Below, piece after piece: positions 6,937 through 17,595 of a DNA stretch of 51,509 bases. Positions within the stretch are counted from its first letter, which is position 1, and every line of letters starts with the position of its first letter. The position numbers were made by a program, and so were the translations under genes. The DNA is from a virus (taxonomy: Duplodnaviria; Caudoviricetes): positions 1-51,509 of IMG/VR virus record IMGVR_UViG_3300034945_000013; one strand, written 5' to 3'. The notes beneath the pieces are model-generated. The model saw nothing but the letters and a program-made list of their open reading frames with translations, was not told the DNA's origin and did no database searches.

Positions 6937-7830
6937 TCATGCCCAAGCCCTCACGCGAAGTGCCCAACTGGTTGGTGTAATCGCCGCGGCCACGCCCGTA
7001 GTTTTATGCCCGATGAATGCTGCATTCCCGGCCATGCGAATATAAATCTCCGTCGTATTGCCATTTTCAATAATTGCAGCCGGCCCTCTAGAACCTGTAT
7101 TCGATTCCCATGTTACAGAAACAATGTCACCGACCGCATATCCAGCATCAATGGTGGTGCAGACTAAAAACATCTGAATCAGCTTTGGGGCAGCGCCAAG
7201 GCCGTGTGTGAGCGTCGTTAATCCACCTAGAGTTATTGCTGTGTCGGCGCTAACATACCCGGTTGGTAATGTCGTCGGCGTGATAACTCGCCCAACAGTC
7301 TTCCACGCCAACCCCGTGCAAACCACAAAGCACGACTCGCCCGCAGCAAGCGTTATGGTTGCTGCTCCGTCGATTAGTTCTGCGCCGTTTGGGTTGATGG
7401 CTACTGCACCCGTCCCACTGTTACGTACAGCGAATGACCAGCCATCACCCAACGTAACGGCTGTACTGGTTATAGATAGCGTCAATGAACCGGTGCAATC
7501 GTACACTTTTCCACGCGCATTTGAGGGGATCGACCCGGATGCGGAAACAGCTTGAACGGAGTTCAAAGGCACACCAAAGTTTACTAGAGCGAAGGGCTGG
7601 CTGTCCGACGCCAATGTGGTTCCCATAAACGTAGACACGGCGGCAAGGTCTATGGCCTGCGTGGCGCTGATGCCTGATAGGGTGGTGAGCCGCGCACTGA
7701 TCGGCTGCACCTCCGCGAGCAACAAGTTGAACTTGTCGATTACGCCTGCCAGATCGGTCAGGATTGCCAGCTTAGGGTCGTCAGTAGACGAATCGCAGTT
7801 GGCTTTGCTTGCTGCGGATGGGAGTGCCAT
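6937..7830 (-). CDS. Tail fibre / receptor-binding protein
   Basis: Follows the tail tip gene; G/A/T-rich beta-type composition. Confidence 0.7.
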   Translation of the reverse strand: MALPSAASKANCDSSTDDPKLAILTDLAGVIDKFNLLLAEVQPISARLTTLSGISATQAIDLAAVSTFMGTTLASDSQPFALVNFGVPLNSVQAVSASGSIPSNARGKVYDCTGSLTLSITSTAVTLGDGWSFAVRNSGTGAVAINPNGAELIDGAATITLAAGESCFVVCTGLAWKTVGRVITPTTLPTGYVSADTAITLGGLTTLTHGLGAAPKLIQMFLVCTTIDAGYAVGDIVSVTWESNTGSRGPAAIIENGNTTEIYIRMAGNAAFIGHKTTGVAAAITPTSWALRVRAWA

Positions 7831-7832
7831 AG

Positions 7833-10619
7833 TTATACCTTCGGTCCTTTCAGCATTACATCTACAAGGGCATTGGCAAGGGTGCCGGATGCGTTACGGA
7901 TTTTGAACTCGGCGGCAGGCTGGCCGTTGACAGTGCTGGTCTTGTTGACCAACTCCCACGTCCAGGCGCCGCCTGTGCTTTGCAATGCGACGATGCTGGC
8001 CGAGGTGATGGAACTGATCTGGCCGCTCTTGCTGCCGATGCGGAAATGCCCAGCGGCGACGGACTGGAACCAAGTAGCCGTTTCGGTGGCGGTGTTCACG
8101 TCCTCGAATTCGTCTACCTGCATTTCAGCATCCAGCAACAGGGTCATACCGCTTATCACAGCAGCGGTGTCGGCCATGCTCACCTTGATCTGTATGTAGC
8201 GTTTCCCTGCCACATGACCCAAGGCGCCATAAGCTCCGGCCACGCTACCGTCAGCAGTGGTGCCGGTTTTCATTGTTACCGTTGCGGTGCCGGTGCCCCA
8301 GACTGAGGCCAGCGGGGTGAAGCTTGTGTTTGCGCCCAGGTCTATAACGGGCGTCTCGTAGATTATTGGATTGTTGTTGGTGCCGATTGCATTGATGGTC
8401 GAAGCCAACCCCGCAATGGTGGCTGGTAGTGTGGCAATGGTGCTGGTAGACAGCGGGATCAGCGTGTTCTGATGAATGAAACAGCCGGTAAGTGTTCCCG
8501 GCCACCCGAGGTTGTGCTCAAGGCGCTGTAGAAGCACGTTCTTCATCCGAGGATCGCCGATGGTGCCGCTGATGAACTTGGCCGCAGCACTCTCGTTGCC
8601 GCTTGAATCCACCGTCTTGATCGCCCAGGTGTAGGTTCCGGCTGCGAGTTCGTTGTTCTCGAACGGGCTGGAAATCAACAGGCCCGTGTGCAAGTCGGTC
8701 ATGGCCGACCAGTTTGTGGTGATGCCGTTGTAGTAGCGGATTTTATAGCCGCCGCCCGAACGAACGTCTGCCGGAGTGGACGCCACCGTCCACGCATAGC
8801 GGCGGGTGCCGTCTGCCAGGCGTGCGATGGTGAACGCGGTAGGCTCAGCCGGGGCTTCTGTTTTGCCGATGACGGTATGGTTGAGCAGATAGGCCCATGC
8901 TCCATGCACCCCGAGAGAGTTGACCGCACGGACACGAACGTCATACGACACGCCATCGTCAACCGGCGAGACATAGGCTGATTTACCGTTGATTGGAAGC
9001 GCCGCCATCGAAGAGATCGAGGCAGTAGATTTCTTGGCTTCGACTTCGTAGTTTGAAACAAACGCGCTGGCAAGAGCATTCCACGTCACGTAGATTCTTG
9101 ATGTAACGCCGCCATCGCTCGTTTCAAGCAGGTGATCAGTTCCCGATGCACAGGCCAATCCAGTAACCGCAGAAACGGTAAACGGGTTGGGCAGATTGGT
9201 ATCGGGCGCGGGGTCGATGGTCGTTTCATTGCCCGTGTTCCAATTAAAATTGGCGCTTGCGGTTTCCCTGAGCACCAGATTGACCCCTAGCGCCTGCTCG
9301 CCAGCATCGTCTGCGTAGACTTCAAACTGCCATTCGATTACTTCAAAGACCTTTTCTGACCAGCCAAAACGGGCAAGGGACAGTTTCACCGTATCGCCAG
9401 CACGTAACTGAAGCCCGGTCAGCTTGGCCGGAAAGATGACGACGATCTGCTGACGGCTTTTCTCTAATTCGATCTTGGCGATCCGCTGCGCCATCGACCC
9501 GCTCGTGGTGTACGGCAGGGACAGGTCGCGCCATATCCGTTCGCCGTTGTCCTGCGTCTCGTAGGTTGAACTGGTGACGGCGGGGAAGTCGGACGGTTGC
9601 CAGTTGTTGCCGGGGCTGGTGTAAATGCCTTTGACCGCGTTGTACAGGTCGCGTCTGGAGATGCGCGGAACGACCTTGACCGAGCCGCGTGCGTCGTCTT
9701 CATTCAGGGTAACAATCGGGACGATGTAAGCCCCGGCGAGAATGGCCCAGCGCCCGCCCGAATAGATCACCTTGCCGTGCATGGCTGACAACATTTCGCC
9801 CACAGTGTCCTCTGGGGTCTGGTTGCTGTCGAATGAACCGTTCATCGTGTAACGGTTCTCGGTCCCTCCAGCAGCCAGCGCCACGGCCTCGGCGCAGACG
9901 TTAGCAGCGGCAGTCAGTGCGGTGGAATCAATCGCTGTCGCATAGGTCGCGCTGACGCCATATTTGGTATCAGACAAATAGTTGGCGATACACAGCGCGG
10001 CGTTATCGGTCCATCCGGTAGTGGCGGTGCGCGGGTCGTAAATGTCTTTCTTGCCCTTGACGATTGCACTGATGTTCGGAACCCCATTAGGGAACAAATC
10101 GGAACTGCCAATCAGCCGAACGTAGAGATAGGCGATGCCCTGCAAGCGATGCGCGGTTGTCCACTTGTCAGGTGCTTCGGCAATCAGCGTGGTGTCTGCG
10201 GTCTGCGTCGTGCTGCCGAGGTGCTTGATGATGCGGACGTAACCGGCATATCGTCCGGTGGCCTCTCCAGCACCATCCAACGGGACCAGTTCATCATTCA
10301 GATAGATGTCGCCGATTTCCTGAACCTCATGGCCGGCTATGGTCTGGATCAAATGAAGATGGGTGTCATCGTTGGTCGAGTGCATGAACGCCAGCACGCC
10401 GCCGACTTTCATCTGGCCATAAATCACGCGCCGTGGTGCCGCTGGCTGGCGGACGGTTAGCTGACGGTCGCGCGCGGTGTCGGCGAACGATCCTGATTTT
10501 GTTTTTGGAGCGAATATCGCGCTGATCGCAATGGATATGATCATTTTGATCACGAACGCCACGATGCCCTGAAATGTAAGGCCGAGGCCTACTACTAGGT
10601 ATGCAACGACTGGCGGCAT
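7833..10619 (-). CDS. Central tail tip / host-specificity protein (lambda J-like, with FN3 domains)
   Basis: RRVIYG...GG, VKGKK.YDPR and YDVRVRAVN motifs; start taken at MPPVV. Confidence 0.85.
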   Translation of the reverse strand: MPPVVAYLVVGLGLTFQGIVAFVIKMIISIAISAIFAPKTKSGSFADTARDRQLTVRQPAAPRRVIYGQMKVGGVLAFMHSTNDDTHLHLIQTIAGHEVQEIGDIYLNDELVPLDGAGEATGRYAGYVRIIKHLGSTTQTADTTLIAEAPDKWTTAHRLQGIAYLYVRLIGSSDLFPNGVPNISAIVKGKKDIYDPRTATTGWTDNAALCIANYLSDTKYGVSATYATAIDSTALTAAANVCAEAVALAAGGTENRYTMNGSFDSNQTPEDTVGEMLSAMHGKVIYSGGRWAILAGAYIVPIVTLNEDDARGSVKVVPRISRRDLYNAVKGIYTSPGNNWQPSDFPAVTSSTYETQDNGERIWRDLSLPYTTSGSMAQRIAKIELEKSRQQIVVIFPAKLTGLQLRAGDTVKLSLARFGWSEKVFEVIEWQFEVYADDAGEQALGVNLVLRETASANFNWNTGNETTIDPAPDTNLPNPFTVSAVTGLACASGTDHLLETSDGGVTSRIYVTWNALASAFVSNYEVEAKKSTASISSMAALPINGKSAYVSPVDDGVSYDVRVRAVNSLGVHGAWAYLLNHTVIGKTEAPAEPTAFTIARLADGTRRYAWTVASTPADVRSGGGYKIRYYNGITTNWSAMTDLHTGLLISSPFENNELAAGTYTWAIKTVDSSGNESAAAKFISGTIGDPRMKNVLLQRLEHNLGWPGTLTGCFIHQNTLIPLSTSTIATLPATIAGLASTINAIGTNNNPIIYETPVIDLGANTSFTPLASVWGTGTATVTMKTGTTADGSVAGAYGALGHVAGKRYIQIKVSMADTAAVISGMTLLLDAEMQVDEFEDVNTATETATWFQSVAAGHFRIGSKSGQISSITSASIVALQSTGGAWTWELVNKTSTVNGQPAAEFKIRNASGTLANALVDVMLKGPKV

Positions 10620-10620
10620 G

Positions 10621-11031
10621 TCAGATACTCCAAGCGCGGAGCGCCGATGAGATAGGTAGATAAGCAAGCCCGTCCGGGCCGGTACAGACCACCTTCGTGC
10701 CGACGCAAACCCCGAGCGCATACCCCAGCGGGGTATCAAGCACGCACAGATCGCCTCGTTTCGCCATAGCAGGGGCTATCTCTGCAAGGTTGTGCTTGGG
10801 TGCAACGCGGTTGACCATGACGGATTCAATATCGCCACGCATGACGCGGTAGGCCCCGCGTGCGGTCTTGTAACGACCCCGGAACTCTGCGGCGATGTCG
10901 ATACCCGTCATGGCTAGAACGCAGTTCGCGGCGAACAACCCGCAATCCCACTCGCCCCAACAAAACGGGCGATCCCCATTGGCGATAAAGTCGGCCAGAA
11001 CCTCGGACCAGTTTTCAACGCGGTTCATCAT
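10621..11031 (-). CDS. Tail assembly protein, NlpC/P60-like
   Basis: PFCWGEWDCGLF and RGD motifs; position in the tail module. Confidence 0.8.
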   Translation of the reverse strand: MMNRVENWSEVLADFIANGDRPFCWGEWDCGLFAANCVLAMTGIDIAAEFRGRYKTARGAYRVMRGDIESVMVNRVAPKHNLAEIAPAMAKRGDLCVLDTPLGYALGVCVGTKVVCTGPDGLAYLPISSALRAWSI

Positions 11032-11654
11032 GGGCCATCCTGACCCCAGGTGAGGTCTGGCTCGCTTGTAACCGGATCAACAACGATTGACGACTTGCCG
11101 GGCTTCCAGATGAGTTCCTTGTCCTGTAGCCCGGCAACGTATTCAAGCCCACGGTCTGCGGGGTAATCAATAAGCTGGTCTTCGTGCGTGTAGCGCCACT
11201 CATGCGCACGTTTGAGCGAGATAGCATGGCTTTCCACACGGACGATGATGGATGACGTATCGCCGCCTTCCTCGATCTCCATCGTGTCCATTTTCGCCGC
11301 GAAAATGGAGAGGGGGTCTGCGATGACAGCCCCGGCACTATCCAGCAACCCGAGATAAATCGTGGCGTCCCGGCCCTGGTATTGCTCACCCAATGCAATA
11401 GCGATCATCTCGCTCGGAATGCCGGAGAGTTTCAGGTTCGCCCCGTTGGCAACAAAGTCAACGCCTTCCGACAGGGTGTCGATGCTGATCAAATGACCAG
11501 CCCCAAGCCATGTCTTGGCGTCCCACGAGATTGACCCGTAGCCCGACCAGACCCTAACGAACCCGCTAACAAAGTCCATTTCGACAAAGAAAACCGGAGC
11601 GACAGAAGCCTTCGCGGCCTCTGTGACCATTGCTGCGGTTGCAGTACGGGCCAT
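11028..11654 (-). CDS. Minor tail / hub protein
   Basis: Synteny; YTHEDQ...YP.DRGLEYV motif. Confidence 0.75.
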   Translation of the reverse strand: MARTATAAMVTEAAKASVAPVFFVEMDFVSGFVRVWSGYGSISWDAKTWLGAGHLISIDTLSEGVDFVANGANLKLSGIPSEMIAIALGEQYQGRDATIYLGLLDSAGAVIADPLSIFAAKMDTMEIEEGGDTSSIIVRVESHAISLKRAHEWRYTHEDQLIDYPADRGLEYVAGLQDKELIWKPGKSSIVVDPVTSEPDLTWGQDGP

Positions 11655-12263
11655 TTAGATCGCCTCCACAGCAGAGAATGCTATTTCAATGCGGTCTGCT
11701 GACTTGTGCGTCCATGGCATCTCATTGCTGACCAACCTGAATATTCCAGTGCAATTGTTAATTGTGACCACAGCATTGTCGGCCGGTGCCGCGCGCAGGC
11801 GCGGCCAGATGTCGAGGGTGGCGTTGCCGGAGCCGTCCGAGTTGGCGTTGACCATCACCATGTAGAGCCGGTCTTCGATCTGGATATGGTCGCCCTGCTT
11901 GAGAATGCCGGTGACGCTCGCGGTCCAGCCGTCGGTGATCAGCGACTGCCCGGTCTGGCTGGCGCCCTTGACCAGCGGCGTGCCGGTCGCTACTCCCTGT
12001 GGCGTCTGCGTAGCAGCATTGCCAAGGCGGAAGGTGCCGTAGCGCCCATTAAGCTGAAGGAACGCGGCCATCCACGGAGCGGCGTACGCTCTGGACATTT
12101 CAGGCATAGTGACATCGGCTTGCCAAAACTGTCCTTGGTGCTGATATGCCTGCTGCGCACCGGAGAATGGCGACACAGCGAGTGATACTATGGCACGCGG
12201 CTTGATGCGGATTTCGGTAGGCGCGGGTGTTGAAGGCAGGTTGATTGGGTAGGTGATTGCCAT
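11655..12263 (-). CDS. Distal tail protein
   Basis: Immediately follows the tape measure gene; SPFSG..Q motif. Confidence 0.75.
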   Translation of the reverse strand: MAITYPINLPSTPAPTEIRIKPRAIVSLAVSPFSGAQQAYQHQGQFWQADVTMPEMSRAYAAPWMAAFLQLNGRYGTFRLGNAATQTPQGVATGTPLVKGASQTGQSLITDGWTASVTGILKQGDHIQIEDRLYMVMVNANSDGSGNATLDIWPRLRAAPADNAVVTINNCTGIFRLVSNEMPWTHKSADRIEIAFSAVEAI

Positions 12264-12266
12264 CGA

Positions 12267-14567
12267 TTATGCAAGCCGCAGCTGCCCCCGCTGGTTCATC
12301 GACTGCACTTGGGTCACAGAGCGTTGTACTGCGCGATCCTCGGATTCGTCAATCGCACGGCGGATGCGCTGCTCAACACCGGCCTCGGCACCGCGTGCGT
12401 CGATGTGGTAAGTGTTGTTGACTGTCACTCCCCCACCACCGCCGCCTCCCGCTACCTTCACTCCCAGATCGCCGCCGCTCATGCGCTGCAGCGGCATGAT
12501 TGCCTCGCCGGGGCTGCCGATTTCTTCGCCCATCACACCCTGAGCAAAGGCAAACGTTGTGGGGCGGTCTACCACAGTGTTGCGGTAAGAGGAAAGCCCT
12601 GTTTCGCCGGGGAATACATTGCCCTGAGCATTGAAAAGGCTGGCAGCCCAGTTACCAGCCGCATTGGCGAGAGGCTCGGTAATCGCCTTGCGCGCCATTA
12701 TACGCAGTACGTCCTGCGCCAACCCCTTCAGCACGTCGCTGAATTTCTTGCCACCTATTATGGCATCCTCAAACGCGCTGGTGAACGTCATGCCAAGCTG
12801 CTTTGCGGTGTCGTCGGCCTCTGATAGCTTGTCACCGACAAGCCCAAGCCGGTTTTTAACGATGTCGAGATATTCTGATTCGGACAGTTTGCGCAGATTG
12901 CCGTCAGCGTCGGTGATGCCTTCGTTAAAGGCTTTTGCAAGCAGGATCATGTCCTCCTGGTCTTTCGCCAGCTTGGAAAAATCCGAGTTGTTGATCATTT
13001 CACCAAGACGGCTCATGTCCACGTTGGCAAGATCAATAAGATTCTGCCGCCATTCCTGTGTCGTCTTGATTCCGTCTTCCTCGACCATACGGAAAAACTC
13101 CGCATCGCCTGCTGCGGTCTTGAATGCGGCAATCTGCGTGATGTAGCCGTCTGCCAGCTTGGCATTGGTGCCGGTCAGCTTCAGCTTGGTGGCTTCGTAG
13201 CGTTCCAATGCCTCTGATCCCATGCCCAATGTTGCAGCTTCGTCGCGCAGTTTGGCGATAAATGCGCCTTGCGGGTCTGACTTTGAACCTGTGCTCGTAT
13301 CAACACCTGTGGCAGTCGACCGCGTAGGGGTCTTTACTGTTTCTGGGTAGTACCGGTCATACAACATCTGCACAGCTTTCTGCTGAGTTTTCAGAGGCTG
13401 GCTGGCATAGGCTTTCCGTGTCACAGCCAATTCTTTCAGGTAATTGCTTTCGCGGTTCAGATCAGTCTGCTGTTTTTTGGCTTTTTCGGCGTAGAACTTG
13501 TCTGCTGCACGAGAGAGACTTCCAAGGCCAGCCATGTACTTGTCTTCTTCTGCCTGGTACATGGCCTCAAGCTGTTTGAATTCCTTGATGCCTCCTGGCT
13601 TAACTAACGTTTTCGCTTGTGCCACAAGCACTGATGCCGATAGCCCTACCATCTTAATAAACCCAGCAACAGCTACCGCGCCATCGGCCACATATGCTAG
13701 GATTTTAACCGTGTCCTCTCCCCACGCTTTAAGGCTCCCGTCTTTCGAGAGGTTGTCCGCTTCTTTGTTGGCGTCTTTCAACGCGTCCGAAAATCCGAAA
13801 ACAGCGATAGTCAAAGCATCATTAAAAGTTTCCCCGAGCTTGACTTTGAGGTCTTCGACATAACGCTTCATGGACTGCAGTTGCTTGCCTGCTGTGCCCA
13901 TTGCAGATTCATAGGTCCCGGCGATGCGAGTGCCATACTCGATCACGGCATTCATGCGAGCCTGTGCTTTTTGAGTCTCGGTAAGATTCTTCTCTGTCGT
14001 GCCCAGTTCTTTCGCAAGCTTTTCGTAGCTTTGTTGAAAGTCGACGTTGATACCAATGGTGCGGAGAGTCTCAGTCTGCCCGGCTTGGATGCCATGCACC
14101 ACACGCGCAAACGCATCGGACGAGTTAAGATTTCCGATAACTGCAGCATCCTGTGCAACACGAGCTAGTTCAGAGGTTTTGCTAAGATCAAGCTGCGCCT
14201 GTGCCATCTTGGTAACGTTTTCACGGGCCTCAATCATGGAGATGCCAGTCTTGCGCAGCGCCATCTCAAATGACGTCATTTCGTTCTGCGAGTACCCGGC
14301 ATTTTTGCCGACACCCTTCATCACGATTCCCATCGTCTCAAAGCGGGCATTGAGCAGGGCGGATTCTTTGATTAAGCCCCCAAGCTTGTACAGGCCAAAG
14401 GCAGCAGCAGCATTTTTCACAGCGGCCATCAACGAGCCTGTAGCAGAAGTCAGACTCTTGGTCGCAACCTCGGTTTGTACACCTTTTTTGGCCAGCTCTT
14501 CGAGCGCAATGGTGGCTTTGCCGACATCGCGTGAGTCTACCTTTATGATGAGGGCTACATCAGTCAT
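12267..14567 (-). CDS. Tail tape measure protein
   Basis: 766 aa, Ala-rich helical; C-terminal GVMGE...EAIMPL motif. Confidence 0.9.
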   Translation of the reverse strand: MTDVALIIKVDSRDVGKATIALEELAKKGVQTEVATKSLTSATGSLMAAVKNAAAAFGLYKLGGLIKESALLNARFETMGIVMKGVGKNAGYSQNEMTSFEMALRKTGISMIEARENVTKMAQAQLDLSKTSELARVAQDAAVIGNLNSSDAFARVVHGIQAGQTETLRTIGINVDFQQSYEKLAKELGTTEKNLTETQKAQARMNAVIEYGTRIAGTYESAMGTAGKQLQSMKRYVEDLKVKLGETFNDALTIAVFGFSDALKDANKEADNLSKDGSLKAWGEDTVKILAYVADGAVAVAGFIKMVGLSASVLVAQAKTLVKPGGIKEFKQLEAMYQAEEDKYMAGLGSLSRAADKFYAEKAKKQQTDLNRESNYLKELAVTRKAYASQPLKTQQKAVQMLYDRYYPETVKTPTRSTATGVDTSTGSKSDPQGAFIAKLRDEAATLGMGSEALERYEATKLKLTGTNAKLADGYITQIAAFKTAAGDAEFFRMVEEDGIKTTQEWRQNLIDLANVDMSRLGEMINNSDFSKLAKDQEDMILLAKAFNEGITDADGNLRKLSESEYLDIVKNRLGLVGDKLSEADDTAKQLGMTFTSAFEDAIIGGKKFSDVLKGLAQDVLRIMARKAITEPLANAAGNWAASLFNAQGNVFPGETGLSSYRNTVVDRPTTFAFAQGVMGEEIGSPGEAIMPLQRMSGGDLGVKVAGGGGGGGVTVNNTYHIDARGAEAGVEQRIRRAIDESEDRAVQRSVTQVQSMNQRGQLRLA

Positions 14568-14928
14568 TGGAGTTTTGTGCCGCTATCCAAGCAGCATCCA
14601 TGCAGCGGATAGCTTTGCGCTCCCACAATTCTAAATCATTGCCAGTGGCCCATTGCCAAGACATCATTGCAGTCGAAGAGATGCGTTCGATACCCATTGC
14701 GCCATTACCCCTCTCCGTGTTGTTCATATCAATGAACCAATGCCACAAATACATCAATTCGCTGTCTAGCTCCGGTGCATCTGCCAACTGCGCCGGTTTC
14801 TTTCCTGTCTGCCTTTCTACGCTTTCAAGGTGGAAACGTAAAGATTTGCCATCCTTTTGTTGGGCATTCAGAGCTGCTTCTGATTCTGCGAATTCAACAA
14901 GTTCGAGAATCAGACTTTCATAAAATTT
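14560..14928 (-). CDS. Tail assembly chaperone GT segment (-1 frameshift product)
   Basis: The -1 frame is open from slippery A-AAT-TTT (14922-14928) to 14560. Confidence 0.75.
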   Translation of the reverse strand, partial: KFYESLILELVEFAESEAALNAQQKDGKSLRFHLESVERQTGKKPAQLADAPELDSELMYLWHWFIDMNNTERGNGAMGIERISSTAMMSWQWATGNDLELWERKAIRCMDAAWIAAQNSND

Positions 14929-15350
14929 CCGAGGTCTGCAATGCCCTCATCGACTTGAGTGCGAATCCACGTCAGCTTGGGAGAGCCATAAATCAGAGCG
15001 GCATTCGCAGTGGAGAACTCCAGGTCTTTCCCCTCGAAGATGATGACCTTCTTGTCGCCTGTGCGCCAACCAACCGTACAAGCCACCAGCATCTCGACAG
15101 ACTTCTCTTCGAACTTCTCCACCGTCACGGCTTCCTCGTCCTTGCCGCGCTTCTTGAGCATCTGCGACTTGCGCAAGTACTCATTGGACGCACGACGGGT
15201 ATGGTCGAGAAACACCTTGGAGTACTTGCCCAGCACTGTGATGTAGACTCCGACAGGAACACCAGACACAGGATGGAGCAGTTCGATTTCCGCACCTGCA
15301 TCACAAGGTGTTGCTGCGTCTAGCGATGCAAGGTCGATGATGTCAGTCAT
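14910..15350 (-). CDS. Tail assembly chaperone G
   Basis: Lies between tail tube and tape measure; ends GNFMKV. Confidence 0.8.
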   Translation of the reverse strand: MTDIIDLASLDAATPCDAGAEIELLHPVSGVPVGVYITVLGKYSKVFLDHTRRASNEYLRKSQMLKKRGKDEEAVTVEKFEEKSVEMLVACTVGWRTGDKKVIIFEGKDLEFSTANAALIYGSPKLTWIRTQVDEGIADLGNFMKV

Positions 15351-15377
15351 TTTTCTTTCCTCAAAGTTTGATTAAAA

Positions 15378-16601
15378 TTAAGCCGCTTGTGAATCTTGGA
15401 TCGTCAAGATGGTTTTGGCATTGGCCAATGCGGTGCCGCCAGAACCATTAATTTCCGCAGTGAAGGGGTATGTGCGAATGATGCCTTTTGCACCGTTGTC
15501 CTTGTCGTCGCCATCTAGTTTGACGCGGCTCATGACAAACGACACAAACTCAGAAGCATTGGTGTCATCCACTGCATCAATAAGCATCACGCTGATTGCA
15601 GTGCCAGCATCGAAGTACCCGGACATCGTACCATTCTCAAAGAATGCCGTGATCTGGCCGCTGACCTTAAGGATGCCGCGCTTGACATCGGGTGCGACAT
15701 TCGATCCGAGGACACCTTCCATCGGCTCCGAACCACCATCAATTTGGATGGATGCTCCAGTCACGTTGGCAACCTGAGCACCACCGATGACCACAATACC
15801 CTTGATGCCTTGTACCACGGAGGTTGTAGTTTCAGCAGTCGGTGTGGTCAGCACTTGTGCGCCAGATGATACACGGTCGAGCGCCACAGCAGAAAACGCA
15901 ACCGTGGTATTTCCCGAGGCGGGAATGGATATATCTGCCGAGCCGAATACAGTATCGGTGAACAGCTCCGAGCGGGTGATGTCACTCTGATATTCTTCAA
16001 CAGTCCAGTATTCGCTGGTCTGTCCAGTGATCGGTGCCGCGCACCTTTTGCCAACCACCGTGGCGGTGCATGAGGTGATTGCCTCAGCCGTCAGCGCAGA
16101 AGCATTCAGGGTGATACCGGTAAAAATCAACTCGGACGTAACGCCCAGAACCAAGATGTTGTTGGCCTTGTTGCCTGCGGTGCCGCCCGATGCAGACAAC
16201 CGGACAACGTCGCCAATCTTCAGGCCATTGGTAAGGAAACTCGGGGTGGCAGCAGACGCTGTGAAGGTATACAGCGCGGAGGTGCCTGAGATGGTAATGG
16301 TCGATGCCGCGAATGCAGTGACTGCTGCGAATGGCCCACGCATAATTGAAGCAAACAGCGTCGAATAAGTATTGGGCGACAGCAGGCCATTGAGCGAGAA
16401 CGAAGCACTGCGCCCACCCTGCGTCTTGCCGGTAGACTGCTGATGTGACGTGATCTCGTTGTTCTCGTAGGTGGCAACACTCAGCTTGCCGGACGAGGTT
16501 TCACGGCGGAGCGCCTGACCACCAGTGCCGGAGCGGGGAACTCCGAGTCCGGTTTGCTTGTACAGGCTCACTACTTTGTTAATTTCCTGAGCTATCGACA
16601 T
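15378..16601 (-). CDS. Major tail tube protein
   Basis: 407 aa from MSIAQEINK; synteny. Confidence 0.8.
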   Translation of the reverse strand: MSIAQEINKVVSLYKQTGLGVPRSGTGGQALRRETSSGKLSVATYENNEITSHQQSTGKTQGGRSASFSLNGLLSPNTYSTLFASIMRGPFAAVTAFAASTITISGTSALYTFTASAATPSFLTNGLKIGDVVRLSASGGTAGNKANNILVLGVTSELIFTGITLNASALTAEAITSCTATVVGKRCAAPITGQTSEYWTVEEYQSDITRSELFTDTVFGSADISIPASGNTTVAFSAVALDRVSSGAQVLTTPTAETTTSVVQGIKGIVVIGGAQVANVTGASIQIDGGSEPMEGVLGSNVAPDVKRGILKVSGQITAFFENGTMSGYFDAGTAISVMLIDAVDDTNASEFVSFVMSRVKLDGDDKDNGAKGIIRTYPFTAEINGSGGTALANAKTILTIQDSQAA

Positions 16602-16618
16602 GATATTTCCCTTCGTTG

Positions 16619-17194
16619 TTAATGGAGTAAATTTTTTGCTGCACGAAGTCTGGCAAAGTACGCACGCAATTTTGCACTTATTTTTGCCTTCGTTTCTTCT
16701 GACGCAATACAACCCTTAGCGTACTGGTTACCTTTGCTCGCAGCGGATATTTTTGCCTTCGTTTCGGTCGACAGTACTTTACCTACGCCGTGTTGATTAC
16801 CTACGGCGTGCCGATTACCAACAAGAGCCGTAGAGATTTTTGCGCGAGTCTCTACTGTAAGAGTTTTACCTATGTTTGCAGCCGATAACTTTGTTTTGGT
16901 TTCTTTGTTGTGTATGTGTCCAGAAGCCCCTTCCCCGCCGTCCGTCATATTCGTCAGCTTCACGCCGTTTTGAATGAATGTTTTGATCAGACCGACCTCA
17001 AGCTCAAAAGCGACGGCTTCGGTCGAACACGGTATAAACGAAATCTGGATGTTCTCCTTACCGTGCTTGGCCACAACAGACTCGTGGTGTTGGTTACGGG
17101 CACCCATAGTGTGGGCACGCTTCTTTGTGCCTTTGCCCACATAAAAGGCCTCCCCATTGGGTCTGAAATGAATGTAAGCGCCGTGAGGATTCAT
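16619..17194 (-). CDS. GIY-YIG-type homing endonuclease with NUMOD3 repeats
   Basis: YIH...FYVGKG, LTNMTDGGEG and repeated ETKAKISA. Confidence 0.85.
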   Translation of the reverse strand: MNPHGAYIHFRPNGEAFYVGKGTKKRAHTMGARNQHHESVVAKHGKENIQISFIPCSTEAVAFELEVGLIKTFIQNGVKLTNMTDGGEGASGHIHNKETKTKLSAANIGKTLTVETRAKISTALVGNRHAVGNQHGVGKVLSTETKAKISAASKGNQYAKGCIASEETKAKISAKLRAYFARLRAAKNLLH

Positions 17195-17595
17195 GAGTTA
17201 ATGTCTGCCGTAAACGGAATTTTCACTGTCACGGCGAAACGGTCGCCTTCCACCGTGCCAGCAGAGACTTCTGGCGTTTCTGTAATCATCGTTGTGACAC
17301 CGCCACTCTCAAACGTATTCCCACGCTGAAAAGTAGCACGCAAGAGTTCAGCTCTCGCGGCAATCGCAGCAGTGCCTGCCAATTGTGGATATGCGAGACG
17401 CACCTGCAAATATCCGCGCTCTTGATGCCGCGCTCCAAACTCACGGTTGCTGGGGCGGGCAAGCATCAAGTGCACAATCTGATAAGGCGTGCCACTCACC
17501 GGGATGAAGGTTACGTTCTCCCGTGCAGTCGCCAATACCGGCAGCACCGCATTCAGTGCGTTCTCCAAAGCGAGGCGGATGCTGAGGATGCTCAC
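17191..17595 (-). CDS. Tail terminator protein
   Basis: Synteny; G.LQV...YP...GT motif. Confidence 0.7.
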   Translation of the reverse strand: MSILSIRLALENALNAVLPVLATARENVTFIPVSGTPYQIVHLMLARPSNREFGARHQERGYLQVRLAYPQLAGTAAIAARAELLRATFQRGNTFESGGVTTMITETPEVSAGTVEGDRFAVTVKIPFTADINS

